Shown here: in pieces, positions 36,804 to 36,830 of the stretch
Position numbering within the stretch: position 1 is the first letter of the stretch
Layout: every line of letters begins with the position of its first letter
Origin: Candidatus Saccharimonadales bacterium
GTDB taxonomy: Bacteria; Patescibacteriota; Saccharimonadia; Saccharimonadales; JBBQYC01
Assembly: GCA_038209015.1 (NCBI GenBank)
Contig: JBBQYC010000003.1
Span: forward strand, 1 to 36,830
DNA length: 36,830 nt
Direction of reading: 5' to 3'
Position numbers and translations under genes: made by a program
Notes under the pieces: model-generated
Seen by the model: the letters and a program-made list of their open reading frames with translations, nothing else
The model's database searches: none
What the model was told of the DNA's origin: nothing

Positions 36804-36830
36804 AAACCGCCTGGGTAACCGGGCGGTTTT
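36804..36830 (+). terminator. Intrinsic terminator after rplL
   Basis: AAACCGCCTGG-GTAA-CCGGGCGGTTTT. Confidence 0.88.

Noticed and set aside
1-36830. CRISPR arrays, rRNA, transposases, integrases, prophage genes, stop-codon reassignment
   Set aside because: None seen: no regularly spaced repeats or mobile-element motifs, and TGA acts as a stop (for example in trpS) with core genes intact under code 11

Overview
Core-genome region of a Patescibacteria (CPR) bacterium, most likely Candidatus Saccharibacteria. This is inferred from the missing rpmD/L30, N-terminally extended L1, Tmk-ThyX fusion and many leaderless-looking genes; the code is standard (11). It holds the distal spc/alpha ribosomal superoperon (rplX to rpsI), trpS-rluD-like-holB-TPR, and a tRNA cluster (Thr-UGU, Tyr-GUA, Thr-GGU) interrupted by a nucleotidyltransferase-like gene. 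Next come rpmG, a minus-strand block (tRNA-Trp, tdk, GT4, GH57, GH15, membrane protein), a PAS histidine kinase, secE-nusG, a divergent sigma70, rplK/rplA, a dNMP kinase-dcd-tmk/thyX module and rplJL with an L10 leader. The most striking unexplained feature is a 245-nt tRNA-shaped RNA (14537-14781) with its own acceptor stem, D-arm, anticodon stem and encoded CCA, whose 'anticodon loop' contains a complete tRNA-Thr(GGU). Also notable: four promoter/leaderless-uORF/RNA-switch units in front of orphan ORFs, an inverted-repeat insert at the rplM start, and a 6S-like rod RNA upstream of dcd. All RNA structures were folded by eye and need computational confirmation.
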